NCBI GenBank assembly: GCA_963806225.1
Contig: CAWDXG010000004.1
Coordinates: forward strand, 1,568,001-1,632,000
Direction: 5' to 3'
Length of the DNA: 64,000 nt
Source of the DNA: an uncultured delta proteobacterium
GTDB taxonomy: Bacteria > Myxococcota_A > Polyangia > Polyangiales > Polyangiaceae
Shown here: positions 1-11,517 of the stretch, piece after piece
Layout of the letters: every line of letters begins with the position of its first letter
Numbering within the stretch: the stretch's first letter is position 1
The notes under the pieces: generated by a model
Seen by the model: only the letters and a program-made list of their open reading frames with translations
Databases searched by the model: none
Told to the model about the DNA's origin: nothing
Made by a program: the position numbers and the translations under genes

Positions 1-1581
1 TACGCCGCGTGCAGCGCGTAGCCGTCCTTGAAGTACTGCACGTAGGGCACGTCGCGCAGGTCGAACTCGTCGTCCGCCTCGTCGCCGCTCATGGTGACGC
101 TGATGTGCTTGGTATGGATCAGGAACACGCCGCGGACGGTGGAGTGCGTCTTCTCGGGGTCGCCGAGGCCGTCGACCCCCGTGGAGACGAGCGTGACGTA
201 CACGGGCGTCGGTGCCTTCGTAGGCGACCAGCGCCTGCTTCAGGATCGACACGTCGATCCAGGTCCGCCCGGGGCTCGCCCAGCCGGGGCGGTGCTTCAT
301 CGGATCGACGCGCACCAGGTGATCGTCGAGCAGCCACTGCCCGCTCTTGGTCTCGAGGTAGTGCGCGCCGCCGATGCGCGCGCTCTTTCCACTGATGGGC
401 AGCGCCTCGCGGTAGGCGATCTGCCGTGCCTGCTTGAGGCCGTGGTCCGGATCGCCGTCGTAGAGCCACGCGCCGCGCGAGCGCACGAAGACGACGGGCA
501 GCGTCGTCGTGCGGTCCAGCACGAGCCCGTGGAAGCTGGCTCGGCTCGACGGGGCGCAGGCTGATCGAGCGGCATCACGTCGAGATCCGTCGTCAGCCCC
601 CAGCGGCGGCCGCCCGCCTCGAAGAAGTCGAGGAACGCGAAGCCGCTCTTGACCATGGCGTTGCCCGGTGGAGACCACACTTGCGTCGCGGCCGTAGCCG
701 CTGAAGGTCGGCGCGGGCCGGCCGTCGGCGAGCACGGCCGGCACCGGACCGAACGGCGCGTCGCTTCCACGCGCGGGCGCGGAGATCGGGATGGCGCGCC
801 AGATAGGGCTCGGTGTCGAGCTGCTGCTTCTTCGTGGGCACGCGCGTGTAGAAGGGCGGCGTGGGGAAGCGCGACTGCGCCGTAGCGATACGGCAGCACG
901 GCGTGGCGGTCGGGCGCGCGTGCGGCTCGCCTGGACGACCGGATCGCCGAGGTCGAGCGTGGCCATCTTGCCGACGCAGACGTAGCCCTGCGGGTGCGAC
1001 GGCGGTACCAGCCCGGCTTGCATCCGGAGTGTCCGACCGGCTCGGCGCTCCGCGCCGACGATGGCGCCGGCGCGCAGGTAGCCGATGCGGCGCGACTTCC
1101 AGTCCGGCCGCGAGTAGACGAAGGTCTCCTTGGCGGTGGCCGCCAGCACGCGGTCGGGGTCGAGGACTTCGCGCCGGGCCGAGCGCGTGCAGCATGCCGC
1201 GGCGCGGGTCCTCGTCGAGCAGCTGGTCGGCGCCGCCGGGCACGCTGGGCGCTGGCGCGGCGGAGCTCGACGGCAGCCGGCGCGCCGCCGGGCAGTGTGG
1301 CGCCGAGGTCGGCGAGCTCATCGGGCGTCGGCGCGGGCCAGCTGCCGCGCTCGGAGGCGCTCGAGCTGCTGGACGGTCGGCTGCAGCACGAAAACCGGGT
1401 GCACTACCGGGCGCCGCCTGGCGCCCGGCGGCGGCACGGCGGGCTGGCCGACGGCCTGCCCGGGCGCAGGGCTGGGCGAGCCGGCGCGGATGGCCCCGCT
1501 CGAGGCCCGCTCCGCCATCGGGCAGCTCACCAGCAGGGCCGACGCCAGCACGGCGCCCAGTGTCGCGACGCGCGCAGTCAT
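1..1581 (-). CDS. L,D-transpeptidase (YkuD family) lipoprotein, frameshifted, runs off the window edge
   Basis: Manual reverse translation of 1-260 gives WIDVSILKQALVAYEG..PVYVTLVSTG..HSTVRGVFLIHTKHISVTMSG..DVPYVQYFKDGYALHAAY, a YkuD catalytic-domain pattern. A lipobox-like N-terminus (MTARVATLGAVLASALLVSC) starts at 1581. Several frame changes lie between; the start is tentative. Confidence 0.7.
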
Positions 1582-1702
1582 GACGCTTCGCCCCGTTGGT
1601 AGCGGCGTCCGACCCGATCTGGCCCAGTTCCGCGCGATCCCGGTCAGGTCTTGCGGCCGCACGGCCTGATTCCCGGGGCCGAGCCGTGTTAGACGCTCCG
1701 GC

Positions 1703-2885
1703 ATGGAAAGCATGACCCTGGACGGACTGTCGGCCCTGGACGACCACCTGAGCGAGGACGAGAAGATGATCCGCGACACGGTGCGGCGCTTCGTGCGCGA
1801 GCGCTATCCTGCCGCGCGCCGCGGAGCTGTTCGAAAAGGAGCAGTTCCCGGTCGATCTCGATCCCGGAGATCGCCGAGATGGGCCTGCTCGGCGCGAGCA
1901 TCCAGGGCTACGGCTGCGCCGGCATGAGCTCGGTGCAGTACGGCCTCCTTCTGCAGGAGCTCGAGTACGGCGACGGCGGCCTGCGCAGCTTCGTCAGCGT
2001 GCAGGGCTCGCTCGCCATGCACTCGATCTACGCCTACGGCAGCGAGGAGCAGAAGCAGAAGTACCTGCCCGAGATGGCGCAGGCCAAGCTCATCGGCTGC
2101 TTCGGCCTGACCGAGCCGGACAGCGGCTCCGATCCCGGCTCGATGATGACGCGCGCGAAGAAGGACGGCGACGAGTACGTCATCAGCGGCACGAAGATGT
2201 GGATCACCAACTCGCCGCTAGCGCACCTCGCCATCGTCTGGGCCAAGGTCGACGACGGCGGCCCCGAGTCGATCCGCGGCTTCATCGTGGAGCGCGGCAT
2301 GAAGGGCTTCGAGACGCCACGCATCCACGGCAAGATGAGCCTGCGCGCCAGCGAGACAGGCGAGATCGTGCTCGACGAGTGCCGCGTGCCCGCGAAGAAC
2401 ATGCTGCCCGAGCAAGCAGGGCCTGGGCGCGCCGCTCGGCTGCCTGTCGCAAGCGCGCTTCGGCATCGCCTGGGGCGCGCTGGGCGCGGCCAAGAGCTGC
2501 CTGGAGACGGCCGTCAGCTACGCGCAGAACCGCGTGCAGTTCGACGGCCCGATCGCGAAGAAAGCAGCTCATCCAGGAGCAGCTGGTGGAGATGGCCAGC
2601 GAGATCATCAAGGGCGACATCCTGGCGCTGCACTACGGCCGCATGAAAGACAACAACGGCAGGATCCGCCCCGAGCAGGTCTCGCTCTGCAAGCGCAACA
2701 ACGTGCGGGTGGCGCTGCAGTGCGCCCGCACCGCCCGCAGCATCCTCGGCGGCAACGGCATCCTGCTCGAGTACCCCGTCATCCGCCACATGCTGAACCT
2801 GGAGAGCGTCTACACCTACGAAGGCACGCACGAGGTGCACACGCTCGTCCTCGGCAAGGCGCTGACCGGCTACAACGCGTTCTAG
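1703..2885 (+). CDS. gcdH: Glutaryl-CoA dehydrogenase-like acyl-CoA dehydrogenase (frameshifted in this sequence)
   Basis: Pieces lie in ORFs 1703-1927, 1879-2646 and 2199-2885: [49 protein letters not shown]. Confidence 0.75.
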
Positions 2886-2900
2886 GCAGGCTCCGACAGG

Positions 2901-2936
2901 GACCCACACGAAGGGCCGAAGGTTCTTTTTGGGGTC
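2901..2936 (+). terminator. Possible intrinsic terminator hairpin between convergent genes
   Basis: gaccc..aagggcc-gaa-ggttctt..gggtc is an imperfect hairpin just after the gcdH stop. Confidence 0.35.
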
Positions 2937-3033
2937 GAGCCTTGTGGCGGCCGAGCGCGGCTAATCCAGCGGGTGGGCGGCGGGACGCACCGAAATGCAC
3001 GCCTCGCGCTGCTAGAGCGTCAGCCCGCAGAAC

Positions 3034-3696
3034 TCAGCGCTTGGCGAGAGGAATCGCGTCGTCGGGGTGCTCGACGCCGACGACCTTGCAGCGGCGGGCG
3101 ACGACGTCCAGGCCGGCGTCGACGACGCGGCCGACGACTTCGACCTGGTCGCCGCGCTGGAGCGAGAGGGCGCGGCGCTGGCCGCGTACGGGCACGACGC
3201 ACTCGAGGTGGCCGGCGGCAAAGGGGCGCGTGCCGTCGATCATCACGTACACGTCGCCAAGCGGGCTCGTCTGCACGCGGCGCACCGTGCCGCGCGTGCG
3301 CACGAGTCGATCGTTGAACGGCTCTTCGCTGCGCGCCGGGTCGCTATAGGCCGCGAGCAGCGTGTCGAGCGGCAGCTCGCTCGCCAGCTCGGGAGGCTCG
3401 GCGCTGGGCAGCGCGGTGTGCCGCGGCGCGGGCTGCGTACGCGCGGCAGCCTGGACGACGGGCGCGTGGTGCCGCTCGACGGCCATGGCGATCCCGCTCG
3501 CGAGCAGCGTACCGACCAGACACACGATCGCAGGCGTGGTCCAGCGCCAGCGCCGCGGGGGAACACCGTGCGCGTCGGGCGGACGCGGCGTGCAGACCTC
3601 CGCACAGGCCAGCGTCGTGTCGTAGGCGCCGGCATCGCTCTGGGCGAGGGCTTCGATCAGCGGAGGTTCCACGATGTGCCCCCGACGGGACTCCAT
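3034..3696 (-). CDS. Membrane-anchored OB-fold (tRNA_anti-like) domain protein
   Basis: One TM segment (AIVCLVGTLLASGIAMAV), then LLAAYSD..VRTRGTVRRV..LQRGDQVEVVGRV, typical of this OB-fold family. Confidence 0.55.
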   Translation of the reverse strand: MESRRGHIVEPPLIEALAQSDAGAYDTTLACAEVCTPRPPDAHGVPPRRWRWTTPAIVCLVGTLLASGIAMAVERHHAPVVQAAARTQPAPRHTALPSAEPPELASELPLDTLLAAYSDPARSEEPFNDRLVRTRGTVRRVQTSPLGDVYVMIDGTRPFAAGHLECVVPVRGQRRALSLQRGDQVEVVGRVVDAGLDVVARRCKVVGVEHPDDAIPLAKR

Positions 3697-3751
3697 GTGG
3701 CGCCCCCAGGCCAAGTTCCGGGAGCCGATCCGCAGGCGTATCCGCATAAAT

Positions 3752-3791
3752 ATGTGACAAAATGCCACATATTTGTGGCATTTTGTCACAT
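3752..3791. promoter_or_regulatory. Perfect 18-bp AT-rich inverted repeat (operator or terminator)
   Basis: atgtgacaaaatgccaca-tatt-tgtggcattttgtcacat; it overlaps the rlmE stop codon. Confidence 0.6.
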
Positions 3792-4400
3792 CTCTGAGGC
3801 ACTGGCGGACTTCAAGCCCAGGCCCACCAGGAACAGTTCCGAGCTGTTCTGTCGCGTGCCGCGCGGGCGGATCACCTTGCAGCTCTGGTAGCGCTCGGTG
3901 ACGGCCCGCCGCGCTTCGGGAAAGTCGCCGCTCATGAACAGCTTGCCGGCAAAGCTCGAGCCGTCGCGTCCCAGCGCTATCGCAACCTCGAGAGCGCGCA
4001 GGAACAGCTCGAAGCTCCGCGCCTGATCACGCACCTTCGAACCGCTGGTACTGGGCGCCATGTCGCTGAGCACAACGTCATAGGGCGCCGCTTCCGACAG
4101 CGCAGCTTCGTCGAGATCCAGCGCATCAGCCTGCATCACGCTGACGTTGGGCGCGAACTCCTGGGCGATAGGCTGCAGATCGATGGCGACCACGCGCCCC
4201 TTCGCCCCGACACGCTGGCTGGCGTACAGGCTGAACGAGCCGGGCGCCGCGCCCAGGTCGAGCACGTGCTGCCCGGGCGCGAGCAGGTGCAGCCGCTCGT
4301 CGATCTCGCGCAGCTTGAACACGCTGCGCGCGGGGTAGCCCGCGGCCTTGGCCTGACGGGTGCGGGGATCGCCCGCGTAGGGATTGTTGCGACGGCTCAT
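3786..4400 (-). CDS. rlmE: 23S rRNA Um2552 2'-O-methyltransferase (RlmE/FtsJ)
   Basis: GYPARSVFKLREID, VLDLGAAPGS, VVLSDMAP, KLF, and C-terminal SSELFLVG. Confidence 0.92.
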   Translation of the reverse strand: MSRRNNPYAGDPRTRQAKAAGYPARSVFKLREIDERLHLLAPGQHVLDLGAAPGSFSLYASQRVGAKGRVVAIDLQPIAQEFAPNVSVMQADALDLDEAALSEAAPYDVVLSDMAPSTSGSKVRDQARSFELFLRALEVAIALGRDGSSFAGKLFMSGDFPEARRAVTERYQSCKVIRPRGTRQNSSELFLVGLGLKSASASEM

Positions 4401-6094
4401 GGTGATTTGCGGCGAGCGACAGCGAGCCCGCGCCGAGCGGACCGGTCACCCCGAGCCTTGCGCGACGCATGCCCGGACGCCAGGGTGGCGAGCACGCTCC
4501 GGCTCGGCGTGGGCCCATCCGGGCCCTCCGGGCAATCGAGACCGGACGGAAAGTCCTTGAGCTGGCGGAGCTCGACGCCGGCTTCGCGGGCGGCGCTGTG
4601 CAGCATGCGGCGCAGCCCGCTCTGCCAGGTCTTCGTGTGGTTGGTCACGGCGAGCAGGCGGCCCCCCGGTTCGAGCAGCGACAGCGCGTCGCGGGCGACG
4701 GCCACGTAGCTCTTCTCGACGGAGAAGGTGCCGCGCTTGGCGCGCGTGCCGAAGCTCGGCGGATCGAGCACGACCAGCCCGTAGCGCTCCTGCCTGCGGC
4801 GGGCGCGGCGCAGCCAGTCGATCACGTCGTCCTTTTCGAAGCGGTGTGCGGCGGGGTCGAGGCCGTTCAGCGCGAAGTTGTCGCGGCCCCGCTCCAGAGC
4901 CCGCCCCGACAGATCGACGCTGGTGGTGTGCGCGCCGCCCATGGCGGCGGCCACGCTGAACGAGCACGTGTAGGCAAACAGGTTGAGCATGCGCTTCGAT
5001 GCGAGCTCGCGCCACGCGCGCACGGTTGTCGCGCTGGTCGACGAACAGCCCCGTGGACAGCCCGTCACCAAGCTCCACGTGGAACTGGAGCGGTCCTTCG
5101 TGCACCGTGAGCGGGCCAGGCGCGGATCGCCCGCGATCGGTTCGGCGGGCGCGAGCGCGCCCGCGTGCTGCCGGCGCAGATCCGCGCGCACGCGCAGCTT
5201 CAGGTACACGCCGCGCGCGCCGAGCTCGACGAGCAGCCCAGCGATCTCCTGGCGACGCCGGTAGGCCTCGTCGTCGGAGATGGAGAGCACGGCGAAGTCG
5301 CCGTAGCGATCCACCACGACGCCCGGCATCAGGTCGCCGGCGTCGTTCGACCAGACGAAGGCGTCGCTCGCGGAGAGCGGCGTGCGGCGCACGCCGGCGT
5401 CGAGCAGGCGCGCGCGCGGCTCGAGTGCCGGCTGGCGCCCCTCGAACCAGGCTTCGAGCTCTTCGGGTACGGCTGCTTCGAAATGGCGCCCGGCCAAGCT
5501 CGATGGAGCGGGCGTGCAGCATCAGCCGCGGCGCGGGCGCGCCGCCGTACAGCCGATCGCCGGCGATGGGCGCCGAGCGCTGTGCGACAGCTGCACGCGC
5601 AGCTGATGCGTGCGGCCCGTCTCCGGCTCGAGCTCGACCAGCGCGCGGCCGGCGTTGCGGCGGAGCACGCGGTAGCGCGCCCGCGCGTGCTGCCCGCCGC
5701 GCTGCGACGACGCGCGTACGGCCGCCCTTGTCATGGCGAGCCGGTGTTCGAACGCGCCCTCTGCGGGAAGCCCGGGGTCGCTCACCGCCGCCACGTACAC
5801 GCGGCGCGCGGCGTGCGACTCCATGAGGCGGGCGATCTCCGCGTTCATGCCGCGGCGGCGCGTGAAGAACAGGACACCCGAGGCGTCCTTGTCCAGCCGC
5901 TGGTGCACGCCGAGATAGTCGTGCTCGCCGCGTTCGCCGAGCCAACGCGAAAGCCGTCTGACCACGTCGTCGCCGAGCCGCTCGTCCCCGCCATGCACAG
6001 CGATACCCGACGGCTTGTCGACGACGAGCAGATCGTCGTCGAGCACAACGACGCGCGCGTCGTTCCACCAGCCGAGCAGAGCCTCGAACGCCAT
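4397..6094 (-). CDS. RluA-family pseudouridine synthase fused to an RlmI/RlmK-like SAM methyltransferase (frameshifted)
   Basis: N-part: VVDKPSG, VHQRLDKDASG, GRTHQLRVQL, PIAGDRLYGG, RLMLHA. C-part: GVVVDRYG, LSTGLFVDQRDNR, LNLFAYTCSFSV, VVLDPPSF. Several frame changes. Confidence 0.75.
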
Positions 6095-6128
6095 CGATAA
6101 TCCCGTAGCCGCCTTCAGCCGGAGGGCG

Positions 6129-6612
6129 AGCGAAGCGAGCCCCGGCGCAGCGAAGCAAGCCCGCGCCGAGCGAAGCGAGGCGCGTCGGGGGTCCGGGGGG
6201 CGGGAGCCCCCGGCGGAGGACTCCGGCGGGGGTGGGCGGGCGGGACACAAACCAATCTCACGCCGCCCCGCGCCGTAGGGCGCCCCCGCGCCGTAGGGCA
6301 AAGCGAAGCGAGCCCCCGCCACATCGCCGTAGGGCAAAGCGAAGCGAGCCCCCGCCACATCGCCGTAGGGCAAAGCGAAGCGAGCCCCCGCCACATCGCC
6401 GTAGGGCAAAGCGAAGCGAGCCCCGGCGCAGCGAAGCAAGCCCGCGCCGAGCGAAGCGAGGCGCGTCGGGGGTCCGGGGGCGGTGAGCCCCCGGCGGAGG
6501 ATTCCGGCGGGGGTGGGCGGGCGGGACACAAACCATCTCGACGCCGCCCCGCGCCGTAGGGCAAAGCGAAGCGAGCCCCCGCCACATCGCCGTGACGGGC
6601 GGGACACAAACC
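6129..6612. repeat. REP/BIME-like mosaic intergenic repeat array
   Basis: A 36-bp unit (cgccgtagggcaaagcgaagcgagcccccgccacat) occurs at 6289, 6325, 6361, 6397 (partial) and 6552. An ~153-bp element is duplicated at ~6129-6281 and ~6410-6562. Confidence 0.85.
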
Positions 6613-6671
6613 CATCCAACACCGGACAATGACGTCCGGCCCAACGGAGCCGCACCCGCGTGAGCGCGCGC

Positions 6672-7340
6672 CTACGCGCTCTTCGGCTTGCCGCCCCAGC
6701 GCTTGATCGCGCCGCGCACGACGACCAGCCCGTTCTTCGAGCCCGGCACGCCGCCGCGGATCAGCACCAGGTTCTCTTCCGCCAGCACCTTGACGACGCG
6801 CTGGTTGAGCACGCTCGTCTTCTTGTTGCCGTGCTGCCCCGGCATCTTGAGGCCGGGCAGAACGCGGCCCGGCGTCATGTTGCTGCCGATGGAGCCGCCG
6901 TGGCGCTTGTACTCGTGAGCGCCGTGCGAGCCGCCCGCACCGCGGAAGTTGTGGCGCCGCATGACGCCCGAGAAACCACGCCCGCGCGACACGCCCTGCA
7001 CGTCGACGAACTGACCGGCCTCGAACAGCTCGTCGAGCTTGAGCTCTTGACCGATGTCGTACTTGGCAGCGTAGTCCGCCGGGCAGCGGAACTCGCGCAG
7101 CGTGCGGCGCGCCGAGACACCCTGCTTCTTGAAGAAGCCGCCTAGGGGCTTGTTGGTGTGCTTTTCCTTGCGCTCGCCCACGCCCAGCACCAACGCATCG
7201 TAGCCATCCTTTTCGGCCGTGCGCTTGGCGACGATGACGGGACGCGACTCCACCACCGTGCACGGGGTGACGCTGCCGTCCTCGTTGAAGATCTGCGTCA
7301 TGCCGACCTTGCGGCCAATGACACCCGGGTACTGGTTCAT
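6672..7340 (-). CDS. rplC: 50S ribosomal protein L3
   Basis: [58 protein letters not shown]. Confidence 0.96.
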   Translation of the reverse strand: MNQYPGVIGRKVGMTQIFNEDGSVTPCTVVESRPVIVAKRTAEKDGYDALVLGVGERKEKHTNKPLGGFFKKQGVSARRTLREFRCPADYAAKYDIGQELKLDELFEAGQFVDVQGVSRGRGFSGVMRRHNFRGAGGSHGAHEYKRHGGSIGSNMTPGRVLPGLKMPGQHGNKKTSVLNQRVVKVLAEENLVLIRGGVPGSKNGLVVVRGAIKRWGGKPKSA

Positions 7341-7426
7341 GGGGGTCCTCGCTCCTGTCTCTTCTCTACGTCCACGGCTTCGGGCGGCATCACGCGAGGG
7401 AGCCATCCCAGGGACCGGGGCACGCG

Positions 7427-7455
7427 GGGATAGCCCCCTCCGGGGAGTCCGTCAA
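7427..7455 (-). promoter_or_regulatory. Putative sigma70-type promoter for rplC
   Basis: Minus strand reads TTGACG-17 bp-TATCCC. Confidence 0.45.
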
Positions 7456-7499
7456 GCCGGTCCGCACCGCGGCGGGGTCGATCCCGGGCGTCTCGGGCG

Positions 7500-7527
7500 T
7501 TGACGGCGCCCCGCCGAGGTGCATAAT
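7500..7527 (+). promoter_or_regulatory. Putative sigma70-type promoter for rplS
   Basis: TTGACG-16 bp-CATAAT, about 35 bp upstream of the ATG. Confidence 0.6.
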
Positions 7528-7561
7528 GCCGCACCTCGATTTCCCCGACCGGATCACCGCC

Positions 7562-7921
7562 ATGTCCACGACCACACCCGTTATCTCGGCGCTCGAGCGC
7601 CAGGCCCTCCGCAGCGACCTGCCCGACTTCCGCGTCGGCGACACGATCGCGGTCCACTACCAGATCGTCGAGGGCGACAAGCTCCGGGTGCAGGTGTTCC
7701 GCGGCACGGTCATCAAGCGGCATCGCGCCGGCGCCCGCTCCACCTTCACGGTGCGCAAGGTCAGCTTCAACGTGGGCGTGGAGCGCATCTTCCTGCTGCA
7801 CTCGCCCCGGATCGAGAAGATCGAGGTGTTCTCGCGTGGCGTCGTGCGCCGCGCGCGGCTCTTCTACCTGCGCGGCCTGTCGGGCAAGAAGGCGCGCATC
7901 AAGGACGTGAAGGACCGCTGA
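7562..7921 (+). CDS. rplS: 50S ribosomal protein L19
   Basis: [50 protein letters not shown]. Confidence 0.97.
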   Translation: MSTTTPVISALERQALRSDLPDFRVGDTIAVHYQIVEGDKLRVQVFRGTVIKRHRAGARSTFTVRKVSFNVGVERIFLLHSPRIEKIEVFSRGVVRRARLFYLRGLSGKKARIKDVKDR

Positions 7922-8112
7922 CCCGCGGGGCTGCCACGCCCTGTCGTCTGCACCGGCGAGCCTGGGTCAGGCCGTCCGGCCGCTGGCCCGGAAGCCCCCG
8001 TCGCCCGCGCTGACGGACTACTCCGGGCGAGGCGAAAACGGGTATGCTGGCCGCCGCCACGCCGTCCATGCGATACCGGGCGGCGTTCACGCGTTCCCAG
8101 CGGAGGTCGTCG

Positions 8113-9146
8113 ATGGTCCAGTGCCCGCGTTGCGGCATCACGAACGAGCCGAACAGCAAGTTCTGCGCTTCCTGCGGTACGGCGCTCCGCACCGCAGGCT
8201 GCGCCGCCCGGTTCCGCCTGGTGGTTGGGGACCGCCTGCGCCCGGTGCTCCGCCGCCTGCGCCCGGCGCATACGGCCCGCCGCCGGTCCTCCGCCCGGCG
8301 CGCCTCCTCCCGGCTGGGGAGCACCGCAGCCGACGGCGCCGGGCGGCTACGGTGCGCCGCCGCAGGGCCCGCCGGGCCCGCGCTATGCGCCTCCGCCCGG
8401 CGCACCACCACAACCCGGACTGGGGCCCGCCGCAACAGCGGAGGCTTCGCGCCTGCCGACCCGCGCATGCGCGTCGGGACGCCTGAAGGGCTGAATCCGT
8501 TCGGCGCCACGATGGCTCCGGACCAGCAGCATCTGGCACCTGGCGCGATGCCGCCCGGCGCGATGCCGCCCGGCGCGATGCCGCCCGGCGGGATGCCGCC
8601 CGGCGCGATGCCGCCGCAGGGTCCCCCGCCTGGCGTGATGCCGCCACAGGGTCGCTGGAACAATCCGGAAGCCTTTGCGGCGACCGCGCCTCCGGTCATG
8701 GGCGAGGAGCAGGAGGCGCAGTGGGGCTCGGCGCCACCGCCGCAACCTGCAGCGCCGTCCCAGCCGCCCGAGCCCAGCACGAAGGTGTCCGGACAGGATC
8801 CGGAGGCCGTGCCGGTGGGGGCGCCGCGCACGCTCGCCGGTTTCCTCGTCAGCTTCGAGGACAACGAGTTGGGCTGCTTCTGGCCGCTCTACCAGGGACA
8901 GAACGTGATCGGGCGCAAGGACGCCATGGAAGGGCTCGACATCGAGATCGATCACCCGACCACGTCGTCACGGCACGCGATCATCTACGCCTCCGCGCGT
9001 CCCGGTCGGCTCAAACTCGAGGACCCGGGCAGCACGAATGGCACCTTCCTGAACGACGAGAAGATCGAGCACTCTGCCAAGCTCGAATTGAAGGACGGTG
9101 ACGACGTGCGGTTCGGTGGCTTCAGCACCGTCGTCAAGATCTCTAG
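8113..9146 (+). CDS. Zinc-ribbon / Pro-rich linker / FHA domain protein (frameshifted)
   Basis: MVQCPRCG..KFCASCG, PGAMP repeats, and FHA motifs IGRK..SSRHA..STNGTFLN. The end is approximate. Confidence 0.75.
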
Positions 9147-9174
9147 TCCTCCCCCTCCAGCCGAGAACGACACC

Positions 9175-11499
9175 ATGCGAACTCGTCTCATCCGACCCCT
9201 CCAAGTTGCCGGCCAGCCAGTCGCGAAGGCCTTGCTGGCGCGTGCTCGCGCTCGTGCTCGGGCTGCTCGCCCCGGCTCTCGCGATCGCCGCTCCCGAAGC
9301 GCACATCATGCGCATCGATCCACGCGCCAGCCAGGCGAGCGGAGACCCGATCCTCACAACCGTGATCGAGGTCGTGCAGCCGAAGCGCGTGAGCGATGCG
9401 ATCGCGCCCTGCGCATCCATGACGGGCGGCGCGCAGTTCGACTGCATGAGCCAGGCGCTGGAAAAGCCCTACTCGCTCTACACGCCGTTCCCGTTCCCGG
9501 AGAAGAACGCGATCTTCACCGTCAACGTCGACGGCACGGACCAGCCGGCGAAGTTCGTCAGCAAGGAGGGCTGGGGGCAGAGCCTGCAGCAGCCCAGCGT
9601 GGGAACGGCCTGGCTCATCCTGGTCGACGCGGACAAGCGTATGGGCAGCTCGCTCGACGACGCGAAGCAGGTCGCCGAGCGCTTCGTGTCGAGCATGGGC
9701 GCGAACGACATCGTCGACGTCATGTTCTTCAACGACCGCCAGGTCGTGAAGGACTCGAAGTGGCAGTCCGCGGCGCAGAAAGCGCGTGCGTCGAGCCTGA
9801 TCGGCTCGGTGACCAGCACCTACCCGGCGCACGGCCGCAACCGTTCGCTCGCGACGATCATCAAGACCGCCGCGACCGATGGCTTCAAATCGCTCGGCAA
9901 CGTCGGCGAGGGCGTCACGGTGCCGCTGCACCAGGCGATGGTGCTGCTCTCCAGCGGCTTCGGCGGCACCGACCCGATGACGACGGGACCGGGCGCGCTG
10001 CAGATCCAGCAGTACATGTCCAAGGGCCGCTTCCCCGAGGACAACACCGCGCTGCCCAAGGCACCGGTGCCCGTCATCAGCGTGTACTTCCCGTACCGCA
10101 GCTACGACGAGTTCAAGCAGAACTCGATGGACTTCATGCAGAACATGGCGAACCCGGAGATCGGCGGGTTCTTCACCGTGATGCAGCACGGACCAGGGCG
10201 ATCACGCGGGCGCCATCGTCAACGTGGTGCGCACGCGCTTCAGCAAGATGCACATCGTCAAGTGGCGGGTGTCGTGCATCGCGCCGACGGTGACGCAGAC
10301 GTTCAAGCTCGTCTTCAACAACGTCAAGCCGCCCATCCTCGGCGACAACAGCTTCAAGGACGTTCCCGTCGGCATCGATCCTTCGACGTGGCCGCTCGAC
10401 GTGAACATGAAGTACACGGAGGATCGCGCCAAGGACAACCCCGTCTATCCGGGCGGCAAGTTCAAGGTCTACGGCAACTTCTGCTGGGGGGGCGAAAAGG
10501 CACGAGCTGAAGTGTACTTCCTGCCCGCAGGACAACAGGTGCCGGCGGCGCTGGGCAGCACGGACATCGACAAGGCGAAACGTACCCAGCAGCAGCTCAT
10601 CGCCATGGGCATGAAGGGAACCGCGGTCGAGGCCAGCGACACCTACGTGGAGTTGCAGGCCCCGGACAAGGACAAGATCCTCCAGGGCTCGGGCAACCAG
10701 GCGGTCGTCCGCGTCATCCTCTACGACAACAAGGCGCACCGCACGAGCGGCGTCACGGCCGACAGCATCCTGCAGCTCAAGGCGTCTTCCGCGCCCTTCC
10801 CCATCCTGTGGGTGCTCGGCGGCCTGTTCGGCGTCGTCGTGCTCGCGCTCCTGGTGGTCGTGATCGTGCGCGGCGGCGGCAAGAAGCGCGGTGGCGGTCC
10901 GCCACCCGCCGCGCCGGTCGTCGCCGGCGGCGCACCGCCCTACGGAGGCGCGCCCGGTGGCTACGGCCCGCCCCCCGGCGGTCCGCCTGGAGGCTATGCG
11001 GCAGCTCCTCCGGCAGGCCCGCCTGCAGGTGGTGGCTACGGGCCGCCGCCCGCCGCGGCAGCGCCGCCCGCAGCCGCACCCCCGGTGAACCCGGAATTCA
11101 TGTACGGCGGCCAGGGCCAGGGCCAGCAGTTCGGTGCACCCGCCGACCAGGCGGGCCACCAGGCGCCGCCTCCCGATCCGTACGCTGCCGGCGGCGGCGG
11201 AGGCGGGTCCGCGCGCGACGCTGCAGGGTGCGGCCGGGGTGTTCACGGTCATGCCCGGCATGGAGATGAGAGCCGGGCGTGACGGCGGCCAGTGCGGCAT
11301 CCTGCTGACCGAACCGCGCGTCTCCGGCGTGCACGCGACGGTCAAGCTCGAAGGCGGCCAGCTCCTGGCTCGCGACGAGCACAGCAACAACGGCACGCTG
11401 GTCAATGGCAACCGGCTGACACCTGGCATCTGGACCCCTGTCCCGAACGGCTCGCTGGTCCGCTTCGGGCCGGTGGAGTTCAACGTCCGGCTGGAGTAA
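9175..11499 (+). CDS. Single-pass membrane protein with extracellular VWA-like region, Pro-rich linker and cytoplasmic FHA domain (frameshifted)
   Basis: Signal peptide (VLALVLGLLAPALAIA), WLILVDAD..AMVLLSSG, TM ILWVLGGLFGVVVLALLVVVIV, FHA AGRD..VSGVHA..SNNGTLVN. Spread over ORFs 9098, 10224 and 11134. Confidence 0.7.
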
Positions 11500-11517
11500 C
11501 GCGGGGAGCCACGTCCA

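Noticed and set aside
6289..6424. 36-bp repeats as a CRISPR array
   Set aside because: The units are directly adjacent with no unique spacers, and no cas genes were seen.
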